Position numbers and translations under genes: made by a program
Notes under the pieces: model-generated
The model's input: the letters and a program-made list of their open reading frames with translations, nothing else
Databases searched by the model: none
What the model was told of the DNA's origin: nothing
Virus record (IMG/VR): IMGVR_UViG_3300011116_000815
Span: 1-54,417 of that record
Strand: one strand, 5' to 3'
DNA: 54,417 nucleotides
Source: a virus
Lineage: Duplodnaviria > Caudoviricetes
Shown: in pieces, positions 25,868-35,752 of the stretch
Position numbering within the stretch: the stretch's first letter is position 1
Layout: each line of letters begins with the position of its first letter

Positions 25868-27237
25868 CATGCCCGCCGCGCCATCCGCCCCTGGATGACC
25901 CGCTGGGCCCACCCCCAAGGGTTCGCCATGCCCCGGGCCTTACCGATGCGCACCAGGTCGTCGTAGGTCCGTGCCTGGCCCTGCTCACGGCGCCTTGCCC
26001 GTCTGGCACCCTCCTCGAGCTCGCGCAGCTCGCCGGCGGTCTGGATCAGCGGTCGCACCTTCACAACCGGCACCATGCCGCACTCAGGGCAGGCTGGCAG
26101 CGCCGGGTCGTAGCAGGCGTAGCAGGCCTCGCACTGCCGCACGCCCGGGGCCGCCTCGCCCTGCCGTGGTCGCTTGCGACGACCCTCCAGGCTCCACTCC
26201 CGCCGCTCCTGCGGAAGCCCGTGGCGTAGCGCGTTGCCGACGTGGTCGAGGATCAGGCAGTCGGCCTTCCTTGGCGCGATGCGCAGCCCCCGGCCGCAGC
26301 CCTGCAGCCAGACCGTCAAGCTCTGCGTCGGCCGCAGCCACACCACGGCGTCGAGGGCCGGCACATCGACCCCAGCGACCCACAGCTGCGCGCAGGCCAC
26401 CAGGTCCAGCTCGCCCGATCGCAGCAGGGCCACCGCCGCCCGGCGGTCGTCATCGCCGCTGCCACCACTGACCGCCACGGCCCGCAACCCGGCCGATCGC
26501 CACTGCTCGGCCACCGTCTCGGCATGCCGCACGGTGGAGCAGAACGCCACCCCGCGCCGACCCTGGCACAGGCGCTGCCAGTGCTCGAGCGCATCGCCCA
26601 CCACCGTCGGCCGGCTGAGGATCTCCCCCGCCTGCCCCTGGTCGAACTCGCCGGCCCTGGTGCCCACGCTCGACAGATCCGCCCCAGGCGGCGCGAACAC
26701 TCGGCACCGCGCCAGCAGGCCCTCGGCGATGAGCTCACCGGTGGAGCACGTCAGAACCAGCCGGTCGAAGAGCTCACCCAGCCCCCGCCCGTCAAGACGC
26801 TCCGGCGTCCCGGTCAGACCCAGCAGCAACGGATCTCCGGCCGCGGCGATCACCGCGCGGTAGGTCTGGGCAACGGCTAGGTGGCACTCGTCGATGATGA
26901 TCAGGCCCGGGGCCGGCAGCCCCTGGCGGCGGGCTGCAGTCTGCACCCCGACCACCTGCACCGGCTGGTCAGGGTCCGGCCGATGCCCGGCACGGATCTG
27001 ACCGTGGGGGATCCCCGCCTGGGCCAGCCGTTCTGCCGTGTCATCGAGGATCTCGCGTAGGTGCGCCAGGAACCACACCCGTCGGCCCTTCGCCAGGGCG
27101 GCCCGGATGATCTCGCAGCTCACCGCGGTCTTGCCGAATCCGGTGGGGGCCACCAGTACCGGCGCCCGCGCCCCGCTGGCGTAAGACTGCCGCAGGTCCT
27201 GCAGCGCCTGGGACTGGCGGGGGCGGAGGGTCAGCAT
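25867..27237 (-). CDS. Superfamily II DEAD/DEAH-like helicase with C-terminal Zn ribbon
   Basis: LRPRQ, APTGFGKT, DECH, LTGTP, QGCGRGLR, CEAC/CPEC; start reassigned to MLTLRPRQ. Confidence 0.9.
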   Translation of the reverse strand: MLTLRPRQSQALQDLRQSYASGARAPVLVAPTGFGKTAVSCEIIRAALAKGRRVWFLAHLREILDDTAERLAQAGIPHGQIRAGHRPDPDQPVQVVGVQTAARRQGLPAPGLIIIDECHLAVAQTYRAVIAAAGDPLLLGLTGTPERLDGRGLGELFDRLVLTCSTGELIAEGLLARCRVFAPPGADLSSVGTRAGEFDQGQAGEILSRPTVVGDALEHWQRLCQGRRGVAFCSTVRHAETVAEQWRSAGLRAVAVSGGSGDDDRRAAVALLRSGELDLVACAQLWVAGVDVPALDAVVWLRPTQSLTVWLQGCGRGLRIAPRKADCLILDHVGNALRHGLPQERREWSLEGRRKRPRQGEAAPGVRQCEACYACYDPALPACPECGMVPVVKVRPLIQTAGELRELEEGARRARRREQGQARTYDDLVRIGKARGMANPWGWAQRVIQGRMARRA

Positions 27238-27282
27238 GGCCCGTTGATGGTACACTATGGGCACAGTCTGGCACAACCTACG

Positions 27283-27420
27283 ATGAGACCCGTCCGGCTG
27301 GTCGCCCTGATCCGCCCCGACCAGCGCCAGTGGCTGCAGCGCCAGGCCAGCCCCCTGCGCAGCGTGGCCGACGTCATCCGCGATCTCATCGACGAGGCGA
27401 TGATGCGTGGCGCAGCCTGA
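27283..27420 (+). CDS. Small ribbon-helix-helix-like regulator (45 aa)
   Basis: MRPVRLVALIRPDQRQWLQRQASPLRSVADVIRDLIDEAM; divergent from the helicase. Confidence 0.55.
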   Translation: MRPVRLVALIRPDQRQWLQRQASPLRSVADVIRDLIDEAMMRGAA

Positions 27421-30017
27421 CCTGCTCACCGAACTCGCCCGCCTGCCGGCCCACTGGCACTTCGTCGCGGTCGACGGGGAGAAGCGCCCCTATCAGCGCC
27501 AATGGGAGCGCCGACCGCTGGATCAGGCCGGGATGGCTCGCCAGATCGCCAGCGGCAAGGCCCGTGGCATCGGCGTGCAGCTCGGCCCGGCATCGGGCCT
27601 CATGGCCGTCGACCTGGACGGCCGCAGCGCCGCCGATGAACTCACCCGCCTCGGGGTGCCACTGCTCGGGCTGCCGATGACCTGGGCGGTCACATCCGGC
27701 CGGCCCGGGCGTCAGCAGCTGTTGTTCACGGTCGCGCCCGATCGCCAGGACGGACTCCGCCCCACGAAGCGTTTTCCCCTCGACTCCGATGGTCAGCGGG
27801 TCATCGGCGACGACGGCAAGGCCGAGAACCTTGACCTGCGATGGCAGGGCCAGCAGTCGATCGTCGCCGGGGCCCACCCGCTCACCGGCGCCTACCGCTG
27901 GGTCAGCGGCTGCAGCCCCGCCGACCTGCCGCTGGCCGAGGCCCCGGATGAGCTGCTGGAGCTGATGCGGCGCCCGGCCGACCCAGAGCCGCAGCCCGAT
28001 CTGCCACCGCCGCCAACCTCCGGCACCGTCCCGCTGATCGACTTCGTCACACGCGACTCTCGCGCTCTCATCGAGACCGGCGGCACTCCCGGCGCCTGGA
28101 ACGATGACCACCTTCGCCTCGCGCTGGACCTGCAGGGCACCGAGGCATGGCTGCTGGCCCAGGGCGTGCGGCCCGACGTCACGGCTGAAGATCTGTTCCG
28201 TGATCACTGCAGCGCCGCATCCCGCCTGTCGCCCGACTTCGACCGGCGCAAGGCCATGCGCCGATTCACCGGCGCAGCGAAGCGCAGCCCTCGCCCCGGG
28301 ACGCCCGAGGCCAAGCTGCTGGACCGGCTGCGGTATCACACCCGCAGCAGCGAGCCGGCGCCGTCATCCCCGCCGGACCCGCCAGACCCGCCAGAGCCAC
28401 CGGAGGAGCCTGAGCACCGCGAGCCGTTCGTCCTGTTGGGCTTCGACGGTGACGCCTATTACTACCAGCCTCACAGCACCGGGCAGGTCATGCGGCTGGC
28501 TCGATCGGCGCACACCAGCACCAACCTTGTCGCCCTGGCGCCGCTGGCCTACTGGGAGGCGATCGCCCCCGGCAAGAGCGGCCCGAACTGGACCGCTGTC
28601 GCGGCTCGGCTGTTCCACCTGCAGGCCGCCGTCGGGGTCTACCAGCCCGCCAGGATCCGCGGCCGTGGCGCATGGTGGGACCAGGGCCAGCCGGTGCTGC
28701 ACCTAGGGGATCGCCTGATCGTCGCCGGCGAGACCCTTCCGGTCAGCCATCAGCAGCCCGGCAGCCGCGCCCTCTACCAGCGCCTCGGCGCCCTCTCCGG
28801 CCCGGGCGATGCCGTGCCCCTTGATGACCAGGGATGCCAGATGCTCGCCGCCTTCGCCGAGCGGTTCCGATGGGAGGTCCCAGCATCGGGGACCCTGCTG
28901 GCCGGCTGGGTCGCCCTGGCCCCGATCTGCGGGGCGCTGCCCTGGCGCCCCCACTGCTGGCTCACTGGTGCCGCGGGATCCGGCAAGTCTGCCATCCTCG
29001 ACCGCTACGTCATCCCCCTGCTGGGGGATATGGGCCTGGTCGTGCTGGGCAACACCACCGAGCCGGGCATCCGCCAGGCATTGCGCGCCGACGCCCTGCC
29101 TGTCGTCTTCGATGAGGCTGAGGGCAACGAGCGGCAGGACCAGCAGCGGATCCAGTCGATCCTCGGCCTGGCTCGAGTCGCATCATCAGAGTCAGCCGCC
29201 CAGACCCTCAAGGGCACGCCCGAGGGCGATGCTCAGCGGTTCGTCATCCGGTCGATGTTCCTGTTCAGCTCGATCGCTCACGGGCTGAAGCAGGGCGCCG
29301 ACCTCAGCCGATTCGCCCAGCTCACCCTCCGCAGCCCGGGCGATGCTCCGGCTAATCAGCTGAAAACGCACTGGGATCAGCTCAGCGCCGACTTGGACCT
29401 GGTGACGCCCGCCGTCGGCCGGGCCCTGCAGGCGCGCACCCTTCGGCTGATCCCGGCGATTCGGGAATCCATCGGCGTGCTGACTCGGCAGGCAGCGCTG
29501 GCGTTTAACTCGCAGCGCCTCGGGGATCAGTACGGCACCCTGCTGGCCGGCGCATGGTCGCTTCAGTCACACCAGCCGATCACTCCGCAGCAGGCTCAGC
29601 AGTTCATCGATCAGAACGACTGGGAGCCCTACAGCCAGGCCACCGAGGCCCCTGACGAGCATCGCTGCCTCCAGCGGATCCTGCAGCACCAACTCAGGGT
29701 TGAGGGGCAGCGGACGGTCACGCGAACCGTGGGGGAGCTGGTGCTGATCGCCGCTCACCGTCAGCCGGACATCGACGTGGGCCCCGATCTCGCCAGCGCC
29801 ACGATCGAACGTCACGGGCTGCGCCTGGATGGCGCCGCCCTGGTGATCAGCAACACCGCCCGCGAGGTTGCGGCGATCCTGGCAGACACAGCCTGGGCGA
29901 ACTGCTGGGCGACGGTCCTGGCCAGACTGCAGGGGGCTGAACGCACTGGCCCGACTAGGTTTCGCGGCCTTGGCTCGGTCTCGCGCGGCACTCGACTGAG
30001 CCTGGACACCCTCAACC

Positions 30018-30022
<5 letters not shown>
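27407..30022 (+). CDS. Primase-polymerase (Prim-Pol) fused to a P-loop helicase/ATPase
   Basis: KRPY...GIGVQLG...AVDLDG...GAHPLTGAYRW; GAAGSGKS; VVFDEAE. Confidence 0.85.
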
Positions 30023-30340
<318 letters not shown>

Positions 30341-30342
30341 CC

Positions 30343-31029
30343 ATGGCCCAGATCACCGTCGACACCAGCGGTCTGGACGTCACCGCCCGCCAGCTGGCCC
30401 TGCTGACAGGGCAGCAGCTGGCCACCGCCACCGCCCTGGCGCTGAAGGCCACCGCCACCGCCACCCGCGACCACCTGCGCCAGGAGCTGGCCAAGCCCTC
30501 GGGCGGCCCGATTGAGGGCGGCGCCACCCGCTGGACCATCGGCGGCACCTACGCCAGCCGCTACATCCAGCCCTCAGACCTGCAGGCGGAGGTGGGATTC
30601 GCCAGCACCCAGCCCCGGGCGGCCGGCCGCTACCTGGGCCCGCTGCTGACCGGCAGCCGGCCTGTGACGAAGGGCATCGACCTGAAGTTGGGCGGCGGCC
30701 GCGGGCGGGTGTTCGTCCCGGCCCGGTCGCTTGGGCGGACGCCTCAGGGCAACGTGCCGCGGGCGACGCTGAGCCGGGTCGTGCAGTCCGAGCCGTTCCT
30801 TCTGCCCCTGCGCGGCGGGGTGGCCATGGGGCTGTACGTGCGCAGCGGTCGCGGCCAGGGGCGGAACCGCACCAGCTGGCTCACCCTCCTCGGCGTGCTC
30901 AGCCCCAGCCGGCCGCGGCGCCAGACCCTGGACCTTGAGCGCATGCTGGCGCCGGTCGTGCAGGCTGAGTTCAGGACCGCCATGGCGGGGCAGCTGCAGG
31001 TGACCCTGCGCCGCGTCGGCCTGGCCTAG
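30343..31029 (+). CDS. Basic virion morphogenesis/tail-completion-like protein
   Basis: ATG 30343; ATATALALKATA...ATRWT pattern; upstream of cos/terS. Confidence 0.5.
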   Translation: MAQITVDTSGLDVTARQLALLTGQQLATATALALKATATATRDHLRQELAKPSGGPIEGGATRWTIGGTYASRYIQPSDLQAEVGFASTQPRAAGRYLGPLLTGSRPVTKGIDLKLGGGRGRVFVPARSLGRTPQGNVPRATLSRVVQSEPFLLPLRGGVAMGLYVRSGRGQGRNRTSWLTLLGVLSPSRPRRQTLDLERMLAPVVQAEFRTAMAGQLQVTLRRVGLA

Positions 31030-31088
31030 TTGCGAATGAGTCGCAATAGCATGCCGGGCTGGGATTCCCCGGTTGCCCGATCGGGCTT

Positions 31089-31147
31089 GGGTCCTTCCGG
31101 AGGGGGGCCGGGTGCGGTTACTTTCGGACCCGCGGGCTTTTTCTAGC
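31089..31147 (+). other. Putative lambda-like cos site (cosQ GGGTCCT plus cosN-like region)
   Basis: GGGTCCTTCCGG...GGTTAC...GACCCGCGGGCTTTTTCTA resembles lambda cosQ/cosN; non-coding, upstream of terS. Confidence 0.6.
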
Positions 31148-31256
31148 GGGAGGCTTGAAACCCGCTAAAATCCAGTCATAGCAAGCACTCTCAGCCCCTC
31201 CCTTAGATCTTTTAAGGGGCTGCTAGTACCTTTAACTTAAGGTTTAAGCTCTGCAA

Positions 31257-31787
31257 GTGATTCTCGTTCTCAAGAGCGCCTACGCCAAGCACCGCGGCGT
31301 CACCCCCGCCGCCGTGACGACCGCCATCAAGTCCGGGCGGATCGCTGATGCTGTCGTGACGCAGAACGGCAAGCAGTTGATTGACCTGGAGAAAGCGGAC
31401 GCGCTGTGGGGCCGCAACACCCTGCAGCAACCACCGCCCAACACCGCTGGAGCCGCCCCGGCGACACCAACCGCGCGCCAGCTGCGGCAGTTCATTGAGT
31501 CACTGCCTGAGGATCAGATCCCAGATCTGAACGAAAGCCGAGCGCGACGGGAGCACTACCAGGCGGAGAAGGCGAAGCAGGAGGCGTTGCAGGGAAGGGC
31601 CGAGCTGGTCCCTGCGATTGACGTCCGCAAGGAAGCCTTCGCCCTGGCCCGTGCGGTCCGGGACAAGTTGATGGGGATTGCCGACCGCCTGGCACCAATG
31701 CTGGCGGCGACGCAGGATCCGGCGCAATGCCATCGGCTGATCAATGAAGAGATCCGGGTGGCGCTGCGGGGGTTGGCTGATGGCTGA
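31257..31787 (+). CDS. Terminase small subunit (Nu1-like)
   Basis: N-terminal wHTH (YAKHRGVTPAAVTTAIKSGRI), ESRARREHYQAE; upstream of TerL. Confidence 0.85.
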   Translation: MILVLKSAYAKHRGVTPAAVTTAIKSGRIADAVVTQNGKQLIDLEKADALWGRNTLQQPPPNTAGAAPATPTARQLRQFIESLPEDQIPDLNESRARREHYQAEKAKQEALQGRAELVPAIDVRKEAFALARAVRDKLMGIADRLAPMLAATQDPAQCHRLINEEIRVALRGLADG

Positions 31788-33678
31788 CGCTGCCGAGACC
31801 TACCGGCTGGCCTTCCTGGAGGGGCTCAGGCCACCGGATCCGATGACGGTGAGCGAATGGGCGGACAGGCATCGGATGCTGTCGCGCAAGGGCAGCAGCG
31901 AACCTGGGCCATGGCGGACAGATCGGACGCCGTACCTGCGGGAACCGATGGACTGCCTGAGCCCGAGCAGCCCATGGCGGCGGGTGGTGCTGATGTTTGG
32001 CAGCCAGATGGGGAAGACCGAGGTTGTGCTGAACTGGTTGGGGGCAATCATCCATCTGTGGCCGGGGCCAGCCCTGCTGGTGCAGCCCACCCTCGACATG
32101 GCGAAGCGCCTGAACCGCCAACGGCTGGACCCGCTGCTGAAGGAGACACCGGTGCTGTCGGAGCTGATCGCTCCGGCGCGAAGCCGCGACTCGGGCAACA
32201 CGATGTTCCTGAAGGAGTTCCGCGGAGGGCTGTTCGTGCTGACCGGCGCGAACAGCGGCAGTGGTCTGCAGTCGATGCCGGCGGCCTACCTGGCAGCCGA
32301 TGAGGTGAGCTCCTATCCGCTCGAGGCCGACGACAAAGGCGACCCGTTGGAGAACGCCGAGACCCGAACGAGCACGTTCCCGATGGGCAAGGTCTTGATC
32401 ACGAGCACGCCAGGCACGCGCGGCATGTGCCGGATCACGGCGGAGTTCGAGAGCAGGAGCGACCGTCGCCAGCTAGCGGTGCTGATGCCGTGCTGCGGCG
32501 CGAGGGAGGTGCTGCAGTGGCGCGAGCACATGCGCTGGGATCGCCCCGATGGGGAGGTGTGGTGTCAGTGCCCAGCATGCGGAGAGAGGGTGGCGCAGCA
32601 CCACAAGACGAGCATGCTGATCGGCGCCGAGTGGAGACCGAGCGCCCTGGGCGACGGGATGACCGCCGGCTTTCACCTGCCGGGCTGGTATGCGCCAGCG
32701 GGCTGGACCAGCTGGGAGATGATCCGCGACGAGTTTCTGCGGGCGAAGAACGATCCGCTGCTGCTCAAGGGCTGGGTGAACAAGAGGGCGGCCGAGGCAT
32801 GGGAAGATGCCGCGATTGCAGCGATCAGCGCCGACGGTCTGATGAGCCGAGTCAGCGAGACGTGCCACAGCGACGGCACGTGTCCCGATGGCGTGCTGGT
32901 GCTGCTGATGTCCGTCGACGTGCAGGACACGTGGCTTGAGACGACGGTCTGGGGATTCGGTCATGGGGAGGAATCATGGCGAATCTGGCATCAGAAGGTT
33001 GAGGGCGACCCATCTGCGGCCGATGTGTGGCAACAGATTGACACCATCCGCGAGACGGAATGGCCGCGAGATGGCGGAGGCACGATGAAAGTCAGGCTCT
33101 GTGGCGTTGATACGGGCGGGCATTTCACGCAGGAGGCTTACAACTATTGCCGCGAGCGAAAGTCTCAGGGTGTGGTCGCACTCAAGGGCAGCTCAACGCG
33201 CGCGGCGCCTGTGCTGAACAAAGGCAAGCGAGTCGACGTCAGCACAAGCGGAAAGACAATCAAGGGCGGCGTGATGCTGTACCTGGTCGGCACCGACACG
33301 CTGAAGCGAACGATCTACGCGCGGCTCAAGCATGAGGGCAGCGGGCCGGGTGTGATTCATTTCGGCAGCGGCACAACTGACGAGTACCTGCGCGGCCTGA
33401 CCTGTGAGCGGTTGGTGCCGCGATCGGTGAAAGGGTTTCAGGTGTCAACGTGGGAGAAGCCTGCCGGAGCACGAAACGAGCCGCTAGACCTGTTCGTCTA
33501 CTGCCTGGCCATCTTGGAGCTGCTGAAGCGCCGCTACAACCGGGCAACGATGTGGGACCAGCTGCGGGCCGCACTCAACCCAGCAGAGCCCCCACCACCC
33601 CCCGAAGCCCCGACCGGCACGGCGCCGCTAGAGTCACGGCAGCCCCGACGCCGTGGCGGGTTCGTTCAGAACTGGTGA
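31780..33678 (+). CDS. Terminase large subunit (lambda gpA family)
   Basis: VSEWAD, WRTDRTPYLREPMD, SQMGKTE, DEV, STP, VDVQ, RNEPLD. Confidence 0.95.
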   Translation: MADAAETYRLAFLEGLRPPDPMTVSEWADRHRMLSRKGSSEPGPWRTDRTPYLREPMDCLSPSSPWRRVVLMFGSQMGKTEVVLNWLGAIIHLWPGPALLVQPTLDMAKRLNRQRLDPLLKETPVLSELIAPARSRDSGNTMFLKEFRGGLFVLTGANSGSGLQSMPAAYLAADEVSSYPLEADDKGDPLENAETRTSTFPMGKVLITSTPGTRGMCRITAEFESRSDRRQLAVLMPCCGAREVLQWREHMRWDRPDGEVWCQCPACGERVAQHHKTSMLIGAEWRPSALGDGMTAGFHLPGWYAPAGWTSWEMIRDEFLRAKNDPLLLKGWVNKRAAEAWEDAAIAAISADGLMSRVSETCHSDGTCPDGVLVLLMSVDVQDTWLETTVWGFGHGEESWRIWHQKVEGDPSAADVWQQIDTIRETEWPRDGGGTMKVRLCGVDTGGHFTQEAYNYCRERKSQGVVALKGSSTRAAPVLNKGKRVDVSTSGKTIKGGVMLYLVGTDTLKRTIYARLKHEGSGPGVIHFGSGTTDEYLRGLTCERLVPRSVKGFQVSTWEKPAGARNEPLDLFVYCLAILELLKRRYNRATMWDQLRAALNPAEPPPPPEAPTGTAPLESRQPRRRGGFVQNW

Positions 33679-34253
33679 TGAGCCCGACGTTCCCCGATCA
33701 GATCCGGCCAGGCGACACGGTGATCTGGCGCACCGATGAGACCGCGACGCCGACGCTGGACCCTATACGCAGCACCGGCGGCTGGGCCCTGAACACCTAC
33801 GTCCGATTCCCCGTGGCGACCGGTGCGACCCAGGCCACGGGTGCGACCTATGGCAGCGGGTGGGAATCGACCTTGAGCGCCGGGGTGACGGCGCTGTTCC
33901 CGACGGGTCAGCGCGGCAGCTGGCAGAGCGTGGCGACCCTCGGCGCTGTGGCCTACACCATCGCCAGCGGGTCGTTTGACGTGCTGGCGAGCCTGACGGC
34001 CGCCGGTGCCGTCGATGCGCGCAGTCAGGCTCGCCAGGACCTCGATGCCTGCCAGTCCGCGATCCGTGCGGTGATCGCTGGGGGAGGAGCACAGGAGTAT
34101 CGGATTGGCACGCGGATGGTCAAGCGCTACGACCTGGCGGAGCTGCTGCAGCTTGAGGGCCAGCTCAAGGCTGAGGTGGCGCGAGAGGAGGCCGCCGAGG
34201 CGGTGGCCAACGGCAAGGGCAACCCGTTCAACCTGTTCGTGAGGTTCAGCTGA
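33678..34253 (+). CDS. Head-tail joining protein (gpW-like C-terminus) with N-terminal extension
   Basis: QEYRIGTRMVKRYDLAELLQL; between TerL and portal. Confidence 0.7.
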   Translation: MSPTFPDQIRPGDTVIWRTDETATPTLDPIRSTGGWALNTYVRFPVATGATQATGATYGSGWESTLSAGVTALFPTGQRGSWQSVATLGAVAYTIASGSFDVLASLTAAGAVDARSQARQDLDACQSAIRAVIAGGGAQEYRIGTRMVKRYDLAELLQLEGQLKAEVAREEAAEAVANGKGNPFNLFVRFS

Positions 34254-35752
34254 TGGGGATCTGGGGCAGGCTGCTGAGGGCGACCGGATGGGAGTGGGAG
34301 CCGCCGGTGCCGGTCCTGCGGCCACGTCGACGCGGCTACGAGGGGGCCGTGGCGGACCGGTTGACCGCCGACTGGCTGACCAGCGGCACGAGTGCCGACG
34401 CCGAGATCCAGGGCAGCCTGCCGCGGCTGCGAAACCGGGCCCGGTCGATGGACCGAGACACGCCCTACGTCCCACAGCTGAAGCGGCTGTGCCGGGACAA
34501 CATCGTGGGCCCGGCGGGGATTCAGCTGCAGATGCAGGTTCAGCGCCTGCGTGGCGGCGGGCTGGATGAGACGGCCAACAGCATGATCGAACGCGCCTGG
34601 CGCCGATGGGGTCGGCAGGACAGCTGCGACGTGGCCGGGCTGCGGTCGTTCCTGGACTTCGAGTGGATGGCGGCGATGGAGCCGGTCGACTCCGGGGAGC
34701 TGCTGATCCGGATCGTGCGGAGAGCATTCGGCGCGACGAATCGCGTCCCGCTGGCGCTGGAGATGATCGAGTCCGACCAGCTGGACCTGAACTACGTCGG
34801 GCCGCTGAAGGCTGTCGGGAATCGCTGGCGGATGGGAATCGAGATCGACGAATGGGGCCGCCCGCAGACCTACGCGATCCTGACATCACATCCGGGCGAC
34901 TACCTGACGAGCGGGAACAATCCTGGGCAGCGCCGAGTGGAGCGAGTGCCGGCGACCGACATTATCCACGTGTTTTTCCCCACCCGAGTCGGGCAGAGCA
35001 GGGGAGTTCCATTGGTGGCTCCGGTGATGAGCGATGCTCATCAGCTCGACGGTTACGAGAAGGCCGCAACGATCCGGGCCAGGGCGGCGGCGTCTCAGAT
35101 GGGATTCATCACCAATGGGGAGGGCGAGCTGACCGGCGACGGGGTGGTGGATGGCGAGCGGGTGACCGACTTTGAGCCGGGCGTCTTCAAGTACTTGCGA
35201 CCGGGCGAATCGGTCGAGATCCCGCAGATGAACGCGCCGGACTCGCAGCTGGAGATGTTCGTCCGGCAGAAAACCCGGCGCATGGCGGCAGGCACCGGCG
35301 TGAGCTATGCGAGCCTGACCCGCGACGCCAGCCAGGCGAGCTACAGCAGCCAGCGGCAGGAGTACCTGCAGGATCAGGATGCCTGGGCGGTGCTGCAAAC
35401 CCAGCTGATCCAGCGGTTGCACGAGAGGGTCTTCCGCGAGTGGCTGCCGCTGGCGGTCCTGTCTGGTGCGGTGCCACTGGCGGACTTCGAGCTGCGGCCT
35501 GATCGCTATCTGGACGCGGCGCAATGGCAGCCCCGCGGCTGGGCCTGGGTTGACCCGAAGAAGGAGGCCGAGGCGAACGTCATCAGCGAGGGGGCCGGCT
35601 ACACCAGCAAGATCCGGATCTGCACGGCGCTGGGCACGACCTACGAGCAGGTCCTGAAGGACAAGCAGGCCGAACGCCAGCTGGAGAACCAGTACGGGGT
35701 AACGGTCACGCTGCCGGAACTGACGCAGCAGGGAGGGCCGCAGGATGGCTGA
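34253..35752 (+). CDS. Portal protein, lambda family
   Basis: YEGA, LRNRAR, GQSRGVP, ASYSSQR, WVDPKKE. Confidence 0.95.
   Translation: MGIWGRLLRATGWEWEPPVPVLRPRRRGYEGAVADRLTADWLTSGTSADAEIQGSLPRLRNRARSMDRDTPYVPQLKRLCRDNIVGPAGIQLQMQVQRLRGGGLDETANSMIERAWRRWGRQDSCDVAGLRSFLDFEWMAAMEPVDSGELLIRIVRRAFGATNRVPLALEMIESDQLDLNYVGPLKAVGNRWRMGIEIDEWGRPQTYAILTSHPGDYLTSGNNPGQRRVERVPATDIIHVFFPTRVGQSRGVPLVAPVMSDAHQLDGYEKAATIRARAAASQMGFITNGEGELTGDGVVDGERVTDFEPGVFKYLRPGESVEIPQMNAPDSQLEMFVRQKTRRMAAGTGVSYASLTRDASQASYSSQRQEYLQDQDAWAVLQTQLIQRLHERVFREWLPLAVLSGAVPLADFELRPDRYLDAAQWQPRGWAWVDPKKEAEANVISEGAGYTSKIRICTALGTTYEQVLKDKQAERQLENQYGVTVTLPELTQQGGPQDG

Noticed and set aside
27238-27429. N-terminal extension of the helicase given in the ORF track
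   Set aside because: It overlaps the divergent promoter, the small RHH-like gene and the primase start. The Q-motif start MLTLRPRQ is at 27237.
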